Shown piece by piece: positions 53,791-64,000 of a DNA stretch of 64,000 bases. Each line of letters begins with the position of its first letter. Position 1 is the stretch's first letter. The notes beneath the pieces were generated by a model that was not told the origin of the DNA, made no database searches, and saw only the letters and a program-made list of their open reading frames with translations. Source of the stretch: an uncultured Nitrospiraceae bacterium (GTDB lineage: Bacteria > Nitrospirota > Thermodesulfovibrionia > Thermodesulfovibrionales > UBA6898); assembly GCA_963811165.1 (NCBI GenBank), contig CAWEQH010000001.1, positions 32,001 to 96,000 of the forward strand, written 5' to 3'. The position numbers were made by a program, and so were the translations under genes.

Positions 53791-55558
53791 GTATCAGTTC
53801 CCTCTTTTTCTCGAGTGGAAGCATGTATGCCTCAATCGCCTTTTTTGCGATCGGCGCCGCTGCAGTCCCTCCATGGCCGCCATGTTCGACAAGCACCGAC
53901 ATCGCGACTTCGGGCTTATCAACCGGAGCAAATGCGACGAACCAGGCGTGGTCCCTGAATTGTTCCGAAAGGAATTTAGGTCCCTTGCGGTTCGCCACCA
54001 CCTGTGCGGTCCCGGTCTTGCCGCCTATCGTTGTTACGTTAGATTTCGCAACCCAGCCGGTCCCGCCGGGTTCGTTGACGACCCCCCTCAGGGCGTCTTT
54101 TACCTTTTCGAGCGTATCGGGTCTTATGCCCGCCTCCATGACGAGTTCAGGACGTGCGCCCTTGAGGATCGTCGGTTTGTATACCTTTCCGCCGTTAGAG
54201 ACCGCCGACATCATCACCGCCATCTGCACCGGGGTGGCCGAGACATAGCCCTGGCCGATAGAGTTGACGAAGGTCTCGCCAAGAAACCACGGTGCCTTTT
54301 TCGTCTCCATCTTCCACTTCGTGTTGGGGATCAACCCCTTCTTTTCCACGCCCAGAGGGACGCCGGTCTCTTTCCCGAGGCCGAACTTCGATGCGTAGGC
54401 GTAGATCTTGTCTATGCCCAGGCGTCTTCCGACGTCATAGAAATAGACATCGCAAGACTCCACAAGTGCCCTGTGCAAAGAGATGCTGCCGTGGCCGGTT
54501 TTCCGCCAGCAACCGAAATGCCATTTGCCGTAGCTGATGCCTCCCCTGCAATCGACCTTTGTTGAGTCATTGATGACGCCCTCTTCGAGCCCCGCTATAG
54601 CCATGATGATCTTGAAGGTGGAACCCGGGGGGTACTGGCTCTGTATGGCCCTGTTCAGCATCGGCAGGTTCTTGTCTTTGCTGAGGGACTCCCACTCGTC
54701 GTAGGCGATCCCCTTAGCGAATTTGTTCGGATCGAATGAAGGGGAACTTACATACCCGAGTATCTCTCCGGTATCGGGCTTGATTGCGACGAGTGCGCCG
54801 GTCCTGCCACCGAAGGCTTTTTCAGCCTCACTCTGCAGAGCGACATCAATACTGAGGGTAAGGTCTTCCCCTTTTACCGGGGGCTTTTCCAACAGCAACC
54901 GGATCTCCCTTCCGAGGGCGTCCACTTCGATTACCCTCTGACCGGCGGTGCCCCTGAGTGACTTGTCGAAGAGCTTTTCAACTCCCCACTGGCCGATAAA
55001 TGCGTTAAGGGGGACGTCCCTGTTTTCAGGGTTCTTCGCTTGTTTCGGCGTCATCTTGCCCAGGTATCCGACAAGATGTGCGCCCGCCGTCCCGAAGAGA
55101 TACCCCCTGCTGACCCCGATCTCTACCAAAAGACCGGGGAAATCGGACCTGCGCGCCTCGATATAGCCCACCTCTTTGGCGGAAAGCCCCTCCTTTAGTC
55201 TTACCGGTGTAAATGGGCTCTGCTCAGTCCTGTGTATTTTGTTCTCCAACTCGGCTTCGGTGATGCCCAATAGGTTGGAGAGTGAGGACAGGTTATTGCT
55301 GGTAAATTCCGCGGGTATGATAGATGCGCAGAAATAAGGGACATTTTTTACGAGAGGGATCCCGTTTCTGTCGAATATAATTCCCCGCGGAGCAGGCACT
55401 CCGATGACCCTCAGCCGGTTGGATTCGGATATCTTTCTGAAAGCGCTTCCCTGAATTACCTGCAGCTGCCAGAGCCGGACCAGGATTATCGAAAATCCTG
55501 CGATGAGCAGGTACCCGATAATTCGTACCTTCCCCTGGATTTTATTTTCAGTCGACAT
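53777..55558 (-). CDS. mrdA: Penicillin-binding protein 2
   Basis: APRGIIFDRNG, YPPGSTFK, SCD, KTGTAQ, DHAWF. Confidence 0.96.
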   Translation of the reverse strand: MSTENKIQGKVRIIGYLLIAGFSIILVRLWQLQVIQGSAFRKISESNRLRVIGVPAPRGIIFDRNGIPLVKNVPYFCASIIPAEFTSNNLSSLSNLLGITEAELENKIHRTEQSPFTPVRLKEGLSAKEVGYIEARRSDFPGLLVEIGVSRGYLFGTAGAHLVGYLGKMTPKQAKNPENRDVPLNAFIGQWGVEKLFDKSLRGTAGQRVIEVDALGREIRLLLEKPPVKGEDLTLSIDVALQSEAEKAFGGRTGALVAIKPDTGEILGYVSSPSFDPNKFAKGIAYDEWESLSKDKNLPMLNRAIQSQYPPGSTFKIIMAIAGLEEGVINDSTKVDCRGGISYGKWHFGCWRKTGHGSISLHRALVESCDVYFYDVGRRLGIDKIYAYASKFGLGKETGVPLGVEKKGLIPNTKWKMETKKAPWFLGETFVNSIGQGYVSATPVQMAVMMSAVSNGGKVYKPTILKGARPELVMEAGIRPDTLEKVKDALRGVVNEPGGTGWVAKSNVTTIGGKTGTAQVVANRKGPKFLSEQFRDHAWFVAFAPVDKPEVAMSVLVEHGGHGGTAAAPIAKKAIEAYMLPLEKKRELIHVQN

Positions 55559-56003
55559 GTCTGGGCCCCATGAATATGCCCGCGGGCGAGTTCAGAAGCG
55601 CCTGCATGACCGTCACGAAAAGCGCCTCAGGAAGTGTCGCGGGCATCTTGTCGAAGATGGTCCTGGTCCAAAAAACAATGAAGTTGTCCGAGGCGGTCAG
55701 GAGCGCCACGGCAATAGCACCCACTACAGGGGTCCATCTGAAAAATCCGCCGGAGATAAAAAAGTAGGAAGAAAAACCGATAATGCCCTTGCTTAGCATG
55801 CGGGGCCCGATAAAGGACCCCGAGAGCGCATCTTCGAGGGCGCCGGTGAGGGCACCGAGCAAAAGACCTTTGGTCTCTCCATACTTCATCCCTATATAGA
55901 AGATCAGCAAGGCGGTCAAATCCGGTGAGATCCCGAGAACGGATATCCTGCCCTGCAGGAAGAAAGTGAGGAATACCGTAGCCGCAAGAAACAGATATTT
56001 CAC
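55548..56003 (-). CDS. mreD: Rod shape-determining protein MreD
   Basis: Hydrophobic ORF between mreC and mrdA. Confidence 0.85.
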   Translation of the reverse strand: MKYLFLAATVFLTFFLQGRISVLGISPDLTALLIFYIGMKYGETKGLLLGALTGALEDALSGSFIGPRMLSKGIIGFSSYFFISGGFFRWTPVVGAIAVALLTASDNFIVFWTRTIFDKMPATLPEALFVTVMQALLNSPAGIFMGPRHVD

Positions 56004-56782
56004 TTTACTATTGCTACTTCCTCTATTTTTGTGGTGTCCTGAAACGGCAGGACCTCTATATACTGGAAATAGCCTCCTCCGGTCTTGCTGTCAACTTTCG
56101 TCACGTACCCCACCGGAATGCCCGGGGGAAAAAGCATGTCTAATCCGGAGGTGATCACGATATCGCCCGTTTTCACCGTTTCCTCAAAGGGGACATATTT
56201 CAAGATGCAGCTTCTCGATCCGGTACCGGAAAGTACACCTTCTGCCCTGCTTCCCTGAAGCCTGACCGAAGCGGAGAAATTGATATCATTAAGCAAAAGC
56301 AGATAGGCGAAGGAGTCAGACGCGCTTGCGACTTTTCCCGCAAGCCCCTTCGGCGTTATGGCGGTCATGTCTTTGGCCACGCCGTCCTTTGCCCCTTTAT
56401 CGATGAGGAGTGTGTGCGTCCAGTTGTCGGTCCCTCTGGCGATGACCCTGGCGGAGGCTATATAATTTTTTTTGTATTCCCGGAGGGAGAGAAGTTCCCT
56501 AAGCCGTTTGTTTTCCAGGACGACCTCCCGGTATCTTTCCTCTTCAAGCTCCAGTTCTGCAACCTTTTTTTTCAGTTCAACATTCTCTTTCTCCCTCAAG
56601 GCTATCATCTGAAACGGTCTTTTTACCGCTTCCGTCAGCGATTGCGACAACGCATGCAGACGGTTGAGAGGCCCGCTTATGAAGTGCACCGATAAGGAAG
56701 GGCCATTTTTACTTTGATACGTCATGAGGACAAAGGAAAAAATGACTAAGATAAAAAAAAGAAGGGTCTTTTTCCTGGGCAT
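56000..56782 (-). CDS. mreC: Rod shape-determining protein MreC
   Basis: EN.RLRELL, IDKG..DGV, GD.VITSGL...FPPGIPVG. Confidence 0.94.
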   Translation of the reverse strand: MPRKKTLLFFILVIFSFVLMTYQSKNGPSLSVHFISGPLNRLHALSQSLTEAVKRPFQMIALREKENVELKKKVAELELEEERYREVVLENKRLRELLSLREYKKNYIASARVIARGTDNWTHTLLIDKGAKDGVAKDMTAITPKGLAGKVASASDSFAYLLLLNDINFSASVRLQGSRAEGVLSGTGSRSCILKYVPFEETVKTGDIVITSGLDMLFPPGIPVGYVTKVDSKTGGGYFQYIEVLPFQDTTKIEEVAIVK

Positions 56783-56786
56783 TACA

Positions 56787-58243
<1,457 letters not shown>

Positions 58244-58426
58244 CTGAAATTCTAACAAATGCCTTTACTTTTTTCAATAAAACCATAAAATCAACAAAAG
58301 CCAAAAGAGCTGTTATAATGTACGTAACCAAGTGAGCATATAGGATAATCCAGGTCTCTTTCCGGGGTAAAATCGGATATTTTCAGACGTGGAGGAATGT
58401 TTCCTAAGAAAGGAATACGTAGGAGC

Positions 58427-60150
58427 ATGAGCGGAGTACTTGATCAATTAGAAGAGCTGACTAAGGAGCCGAAGATCGCCTACTTTTCTATGGAGATAGG
58501 CGTACATAACGATATCCCGACTTATAGCGGGGGCCTGGGCGTGCTGGCCGGCGACACCATAAGGTCCGCAGCGGACCTCAGGCTTCCGATGGTGGCGGTC
58601 ACACTCCTCTGTAAGAAAGGATATTTTACACAGGACATCGACGATACCGGATGGCAGACCGAACTCCCCTTTCTATGGTCGCCTTCGCAGTATATGGAGC
58701 TTTTGCCGCAAAGGGCGACGGTCCAGATCGAGGGCCGTGAAGTCTCTGTCCAGGCATGGTTTTACAATGTGAAGAGTCTTACGGGTGGAAACATCCCTGT
58801 TTTTTTCTTGATACCGACATCGTCGAAAATCAGGCCCAGGACCGAGAAGTCACGGCCTATCTCTACGGCGGAGACAAGACCTACAGGCTCAAGCAGGAGA
58901 TAGTGCTTGGCCTCGGGGGCGTAAGGATGCTCCATGAGATGGGGTTTGAGATAAAGAAGTATCATATGAATGAGGGCCATGCAAGCTTTCTGACCCTCGA
59001 ACTTCTCCAAAGGTCCAAGAGGCCTATCGAGGACGTATGGGACGAAAAGCTTGTATGGGACAGACGCAGCGTGAAGAACCTCTGCGTCTTCACGACGCAT
59101 ACGCCTGTTGAGGCAGGGCATGATAAATTCCCTTACGACCTTGTCTCGCGGGTGATGGGAGAGATAATCCCTGTCCCTGTTTTGAAGGAACTTGCCGGCA
59201 AAGATTATCTCAACATGACCATGCTCGCGCTAAATCTAAGCCGCTACATCAATGGGGTTGCCAAGAAACACGGCGAGGTCTCGCAGAGCATGTTCCCCGG
59301 CTATGAGATACATGCGATTACCAACGGGGTCCATTCCTATACCTGGACATGCGACAGCTTCAAGAAGGTGTTTGACGAATATCTCCCCGGATGGGCCAAC
59401 GAGCCGGAGCTTTTCGTAAGGGTGGGGCGTGTCCCCGACGAGAGGTTGTGGGGGGCTCATATGGAGGCAAAAAAACTCCTCGTCGGTCTCGCGAGGGAGA
59501 AAACAGGTGTTGAACTGTCCACGGATCTCCTTACGATAGGCTTTGCCAGGCGGGCAACGGCGTATAAGAGGGCCGACCTGCTCTTCAGGGATATCGCCCG
59601 TCTCGAAAGGATAGGCGCCGGCAAGATACAGCTTGTGTATGCGGGGAAGGCGCATCCCCAGGACGAGGCCGGCAAGAAACTGATTCAGAATATCTTCAGG
59701 TATAAGGAACTTCTCAAGGACAAGATCAAGATCGTGTACCTGAAGAATTATGACATGAAGACGGCGCTTAAGATTATCTCAGGGGTAGACATTTGGATGA
59801 ATACCCCGCTTAGGCCTCTTGAAGCGTCAGGGACCAGCGGGATGAAGGCGACCCATAACGGGGTCATGAACTTCAGCGTGCTCGACGGCTGGTGGATAGA
59901 GGGACATATCGAAGGGTTCACCGGCTGGTCCATCGGGCCTGCGCCGCAGGAGCTCACGCCGGGGGCCGATGCGGATGCGCGTGATTCCGAGGACCTCTAT
60001 GATAAACTCGAAAACACAATTATCCCCATCTATTACCATGACAGGCATACCTGGATAAGGATGATGCAAAACGCGATCGGGAAGAACGCCTATTATTTCA
60101 ACAGCCATCGTATGATGCGCAGGTATGTCACAGAGGCGTATATAAGATAG
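58427..60150 (+). CDS. glgP: Alpha-glucan (glycogen/starch) phosphorylase; frameshift in a T run at ~58800
   Basis: AYFSMEIG...PTYSGGLGVLAGD; HMNEGH, FTTHTP, TNGVH, GFARRATAYKR, EASGTSGMK, LDGWW. Confidence 0.93.
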
Positions 60151-60180
60151 CAGGAAATCAGCCGGGTACGTATCGCTTGC

Positions 60181-60501
60181 TTACCTTAGCTTCCTGTTGC
60201 AGTGCATGCAGTATTCCTTATCAGGGACGAAACTCCCGCAGGTGGTGCACTGGATCATTTCGATAGGCAGTTCCTTCTTACAAAACTTGCATGAGGTATC
60301 ATTGAGTGGAATGATATGCGCACAATACGCACACCTCTTCGTCTTGCCCTTGGCTACTACAGGCGGCAGAAAGAAAAGGAGGAAGACAAGCGGGGGCAGG
60401 AAAAAACAGAGCAATCCCCACGTCAGTTTGTCCCTGCCGTTCTTATCTGCGATCAAAGCCCCGGCCAGGCCGGCGATGACGAAGATGAATAACCTATTCA
60501 T
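60181..60501 (-). CDS. Membrane protein with zinc-ribbon motifs
   Basis: Two TM segments then four CxxC motifs. Confidence 0.75.
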   Translation of the reverse strand: MNRLFIFVIAGLAGALIADKNGRDKLTWGLLCFFLPPLVFLLFFLPPVVAKGKTKRCAYCAHIIPLNDTSCKFCKKELPIEMIQCTTCGSFVPDKEYCMHCNRKLR

Positions 60502-61297
60502 CTTTTCTCTTCTCAGCAAGAAGGGTGAGCGCCTTGCGAAAGAGCTCCTCGTTTCCCGCAGCAAGGAGCGGAGAACTCTTTTTGAGTCCAAGCCGGATGC
60601 CGCCTATGTCTTCACCTTCGGTATTCGTAATGATTCCGCCGGCCTCTTTCACAAGGAGCCAACCGCCGGCGAAATCGAAGCTCCTCGAAGGAGAGGGGCA
60701 TACGAAAACGCTGACTGAACCCGAGGCAAGATAGGCAAGGTCGAGGGCGGTCGACCCCAGACACCTTGTTTTACGCGACCGGGAAAGAAGGGGCATGATT
60801 GCAGGAATGTCCCTGCCCGGTGACTGGGCCTCGTATGCGGCAAGGTTCAATTCGTCGTCACGCTGGGTAAGAAGTCTTTTCCCGTTCATGAATGCACCCT
60901 TGCCTTTTTCCGCCCAGAATTCATCTCCGGAGACAAGGTCGATAACATAAGAAAGGGTCACTCCGGACAAATTTTCCCCCGATGAAACCGCGATTGAAGT
61001 GCAATAGATCGGGATCCCCGATATCGCGTTTTTACTTCCGTCAACAGGATCTATGACCACCCTTATCCCGCCGCCGCCCAGCTCCTGGGCCCCAAGTTCT
61101 TCAGATATAACGGTAATGGGCTCCTTCAATGAGGCGAGTCCGGCGAGGACTATCTCTTCGGCCCTTTTATCGATCGGGAAAGTCTTGTCGCCACCGGCCC
61201 CGATACCGAGCGGGATTTTTATGTCGGGCGAATTTCTGAGCCCGGAGATTTCCTTTATAAGGCTCTTTCCTATTTTTCTGAGGTCAGCGATACGCAT
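60494..61297 (-). CDS. Inositol monophosphatase / fructose-1,6-bisphosphatase (FIG family)
   Basis: GAGGDKT..ID, SEE, IDPVDGS.N, R.LGS.AL, D.AGG.L. Confidence 0.88.
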   Translation of the reverse strand: MRIADLRKIGKSLIKEISGLRNSPDIKIPLGIGAGGDKTFPIDKRAEEIVLAGLASLKEPITVISEELGAQELGGGGIRVVIDPVDGSKNAISGIPIYCTSIAVSSGENLSGVTLSYVIDLVSGDEFWAEKGKGAFMNGKRLLTQRDDELNLAAYEAQSPGRDIPAIMPLLSRSRKTRCLGSTALDLAYLASGSVSVFVCPSPSRSFDFAGGWLLVKEAGGIITNTEGEDIGGIRLGLKKSSPLLAAGNEELFRKALTLLAEKRKDE

Positions 61298-61418
61298 ATC
61301 TCAAGTATTTTACGCGAACCGTTACATTCCGGCAACCGCGTCTGACGGAAATTCACTCATGACAGAGGGAGAAAGCAAAAAAGTTGTCCGGGTTAGAGAA
61401 AAGTTTTACTATAAAGGC

Positions 61419-62735
61419 ATGAAGATATGGAAGCTGTTTTTCATTTTAGTGATGGTCCTTTCTCCGGTTGCGGCCGATGCGGTAGACGTAAAGGAGTATA
61501 ATCTCGAAAACGGGCTGAAGGTCCTCATTGTCGAAGATCATAAGGCCCCTACTGCGACGTTTCAGGTATGGTACAGGGTCGGTTCGGTTAACGAAAAGAT
61601 CGGGAAGACCGGCCTGAGTCATTTCCTTGAACATATGATGTTCAGGGGCACATCCAAGTATGGTCCGAAGACCTTTTCCCAAACGATTCAGAGGGCCGGC
61701 GGAATGGACAATGCCTTTACCACCCGCGATTATACCGCCTATTTCGAGCTCCTCGCTTCAGACCGTATCGGGCCTCCTATGGATATGGAGGCAGACAGGA
61801 TGAAGAACCTTGCCCTCACTCCGGCATCGGTTATGTCGGAGCTGGCTGTGGTAATGGAGGAGCGGAGGATGCGCTATGAAGACGACCCCCAGAATCTCGT
61901 CCATGAAGAGGTATTGGCAGCGGCCTTCAAGAACCATCCCTACCGGTGGCCCGTCATCGGGTGGATGTCGGACTTAAAGACGCTGGACCCGGAAGACCTC
62001 ATTGCCCACTATAAGACTTATTATGCGCCGAATAACGCCGTAGTCATTGTGGTCGGCGATGTCGACCCTGAGGATATTTTATTAAAGATAAAGGAATACT
62101 TCGGAAAGATCCAAAAAGGCCCTGCAATAAAAGAGGCAAAGGCCGGAGAGGACACTCAGTACGGCGAAAAGAGGATATACGTAAAGAAAGAGGCTGAATT
62201 GCCTTATATCCTTTCCGCCTACAAGGTCCCGGACATCAGGGATGAAGACGGCTGCGCACTTGAAGTGCTAGCCGGCGTCCTTTCGGGCGGCAAGAGTTCG
62301 CGGCTCTATAATTCTCTCGTGTACGAAAAGCAGCTTGCGCTCTCCGCCTGGGCGAGCTATGACGGAATGCACAGGGACCCTTTTCTCTTTTATGCCGGCG
62401 CGACTGCGTCTCACGGCAGGAAGATCGAAGACCTGGAAAATGCGCTTCTCGATGAGTTGGAAAAGATAAAGAAAGCGGCGCCTTCCGAGCGGGAAGTCCA
62501 GAAGGCAAAAAACCAGATTGCGGCATCCTTTATCATGGAACAGGACTCCGTATATATGCAGGCAAGGACCATCGGCACTTTCGAAATGATAGGGGGATGG
62601 AGGTTTATCGACAAGTACCTCGCCGGAATCAGTCAGGTGACTCCCGAAGACGTGAGGCGCGTGGCCGCAAAGTACCTTGTGGCAGACAGGAAGACAACGG
62701 GGATCCTTATCCCTCAAGAGGGGGAGAGAAGATAA
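61419..62735 (+). CDS. M16 family Zn-peptidase, catalytic subunit (secreted)
   Basis: Signal peptide; HFLEHMMFRGT (HxxEH), NAFT. Confidence 0.93.
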   Translation: MKIWKLFFILVMVLSPVAADAVDVKEYNLENGLKVLIVEDHKAPTATFQVWYRVGSVNEKIGKTGLSHFLEHMMFRGTSKYGPKTFSQTIQRAGGMDNAFTTRDYTAYFELLASDRIGPPMDMEADRMKNLALTPASVMSELAVVMEERRMRYEDDPQNLVHEEVLAAAFKNHPYRWPVIGWMSDLKTLDPEDLIAHYKTYYAPNNAVVIVVGDVDPEDILLKIKEYFGKIQKGPAIKEAKAGEDTQYGEKRIYVKKEAELPYILSAYKVPDIRDEDGCALEVLAGVLSGGKSSRLYNSLVYEKQLALSAWASYDGMHRDPFLFYAGATASHGRKIEDLENALLDELEKIKKAAPSEREVQKAKNQIAASFIMEQDSVYMQARTIGTFEMIGGWRFIDKYLAGISQVTPEDVRRVAAKYLVADRKTTGILIPQEGERR

Positions 62736-64000
62736 TGGGTAAAAACGAAAGAGAGCCGATGAAGCGCCTCTGCCTGCTTTTCTTGTGTTTTGTTTTTTTC
62801 AGTCCGGCTGCGGCATATGCCGCCGGGATGGCCGAAAGGGAGGCCCTTCCGGACGGATTGATCCTCCTTCATGCGCAAAGGAGCGCGCTCCCTGTCGTCA
62901 GAGTGGTCCTCGCGATCAAAGCGGGAAGCATTACCGAGCCCCCTGAAAAGGCGGGGCTCGCAAACCTGACCGCGGACCTTCTCAGTGAAGGGACTGCAAG
63001 GCGTTCTTCCAAGGAGATCAGCGACGCGATTGAATTTGTCGGAGGCGAACTCGGCACCTCAGGCGGCGCGGATTATATTACGGTGACCCTTTCCATCCTT
63101 AAAAAAGATGTGGAGCTCGGATTTGACCTTCTTTCGGACATTGTCATGAACCCCGTCTTCAGCGATGACGAGATAAAGAGGAGAAAGGCAGTAATAAAAA
63201 GCTCCATCATACAGCAAAAAGAAGAGCCTGGCATTGTCGCCTCCAAGGCCTTCAATAAGGCTGTTTTCGGCGACCATCCTTATGGGAGGCCGGTGGAAGG
63301 GACGGAAGAATCGCTCGATGCGATCGCCCGTGAGGACATAATTGCTTTTCACAGGGAATATTACGTGCCGAACAACGCCATTTTGTCCGTTGCGGGCGAC
63401 ATCACGAGGGGCGAACTCCGGTCGCTGCTCGACAAATATTTTAAAGACTGGGCAAAGAAGGGCATTGCCGAAAAAACGCTCCCGGCCATTAAGCCTGTCG
63501 TGGGGCCCAAGGTCATCAAGATCGACAAAGACCTGACCCAGGCCAATATCGTCCTCGGTCATCTCGGAATCAAAAGGGAAAATCCCGATTTCTACGCAGT
63601 ATCTGTGATGAATTACATACTGGGCGGCGGGGGATTTGCGTCTCGGATGATGGACAACATACGCGACAACAAAGGTCTATCGTACGACGTGCACAGTTTT
63701 TTCCTGGCCAACAAGTATGGGGGGAGTTTTCAGGCCGGCCTTCAGACAAAGAACCGCACTGCTCATATTGCCGTCGCTGAAATACTGAAGGAGATGGAGA
63801 GGATGCGTAGTGAACCTGTGACCGACAAGGAACTGAGCGATGCCAAATCATACCTGACCGGGAGTTTCCCCTTGAGGATTGATTCCAACAGCAAGATAGC
63901 AAGCTTTTTGGTCGCGGTGGAGTTTTATGGCCTGGGGCTCGACTATGTTGACCGATATAAGGAGCTCATCGAGTCTGTTACAAGAGACGACGTGCTGAGG
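62735..64000 (+). CDS. M16 family peptidase, non-catalytic partner subunit (runs off the window end)
   Basis: Open frame from ATG 62735; signal peptide, GLANLTADLL (no HxxEH), HPYGRP, LGGGGFASR...IRDNKGLSY. Confidence 0.9.
   Translation, partial: MGKNEREPMKRLCLLFLCFVFFSPAAAYAAGMAEREALPDGLILLHAQRSALPVVRVVLAIKAGSITEPPEKAGLANLTADLLSEGTARRSSKEISDAIEFVGGELGTSGGADYITVTLSILKKDVELGFDLLSDIVMNPVFSDDEIKRRKAVIKSSIIQQKEEPGIVASKAFNKAVFGDHPYGRPVEGTEESLDAIAREDIIAFHREYYVPNNAILSVAGDITRGELRSLLDKYFKDWAKKGIAEKTLPAIKPVVGPKVIKIDKDLTQANIVLGHLGIKRENPDFYAVSVMNYILGGGGFASRMMDNIRDNKGLSYDVHSFFLANKYGGSFQAGLQTKNRTAHIAVAEILKEMERMRSEPVTDKELSDAKSYLTGSFPLRIDSNSKIASFLVAVEFYGLGLDYVDRYKELIESVTRDDVLR

Noticed and set aside
53645..54565. 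306-aa plus-strand ORF and similar antisense ORFs
   Set aside because: Shadow frames of mrdA/rodA and other well-supported genes, with no recognisable motifs
58795..58810. Programmed frameshift in glgP (also considered for MgtE-N at ~26600)
   Set aside because: Simple one-base homopolymer shortfall with no supporting stimulatory signal seen

Overview
64 kb of bacterial chromosome. Gene style and content suggest an anaerobic Gram-negative, Nitrospirota/Thermodesulfovibrionia-like organism (inference, not a database match). The housekeeping backbone includes a lipid A cluster (gnnA-gnnB-lpxB-waaA ... lpxK), dgt, ispB, mtnA, an MgtE-N/NRAMP Mg-transport pair, fumC, malic enzyme, a CheB-CheR-PAS-kinase fusion, cysK, trpB2-trpF, tRNA-Met, mreBCD-mrdA-rodA, glgP and an M16 peptidase pair. 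Two accessory blocks stand out. (1) A defence-type insert splits waaA from lpxK: a type IIG R-M gene, a DUF559 nuclease bracketed by inverted palindromic repeats, and a DUF433/DUF5615 TA pair. (2) A secreted operon encodes a ~1200-aa transglutaminase-like/Ig/PKD protein, a lipoprotein and a ~800-aa Zn-phospholipase C/P1-nuclease-like protein, followed by a truncated orphan copy of the giant protein's internal module. The DUF559-flanking palindrome recurs across the window, including a gene-less inverted pair and insertions inside a coding gene, which suggests a REP/REPIN-like mobile repeat system. A thioredoxin-fold protein has an in-frame TGA in a UxxC motif with a SECIS-like hairpin, so it is probably a selenoprotein. 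Many single-base indels, even in waaA, indicate an error-prone, probably long-read, assembly, so frameshifts should not be read as pseudogenes without checking reads.
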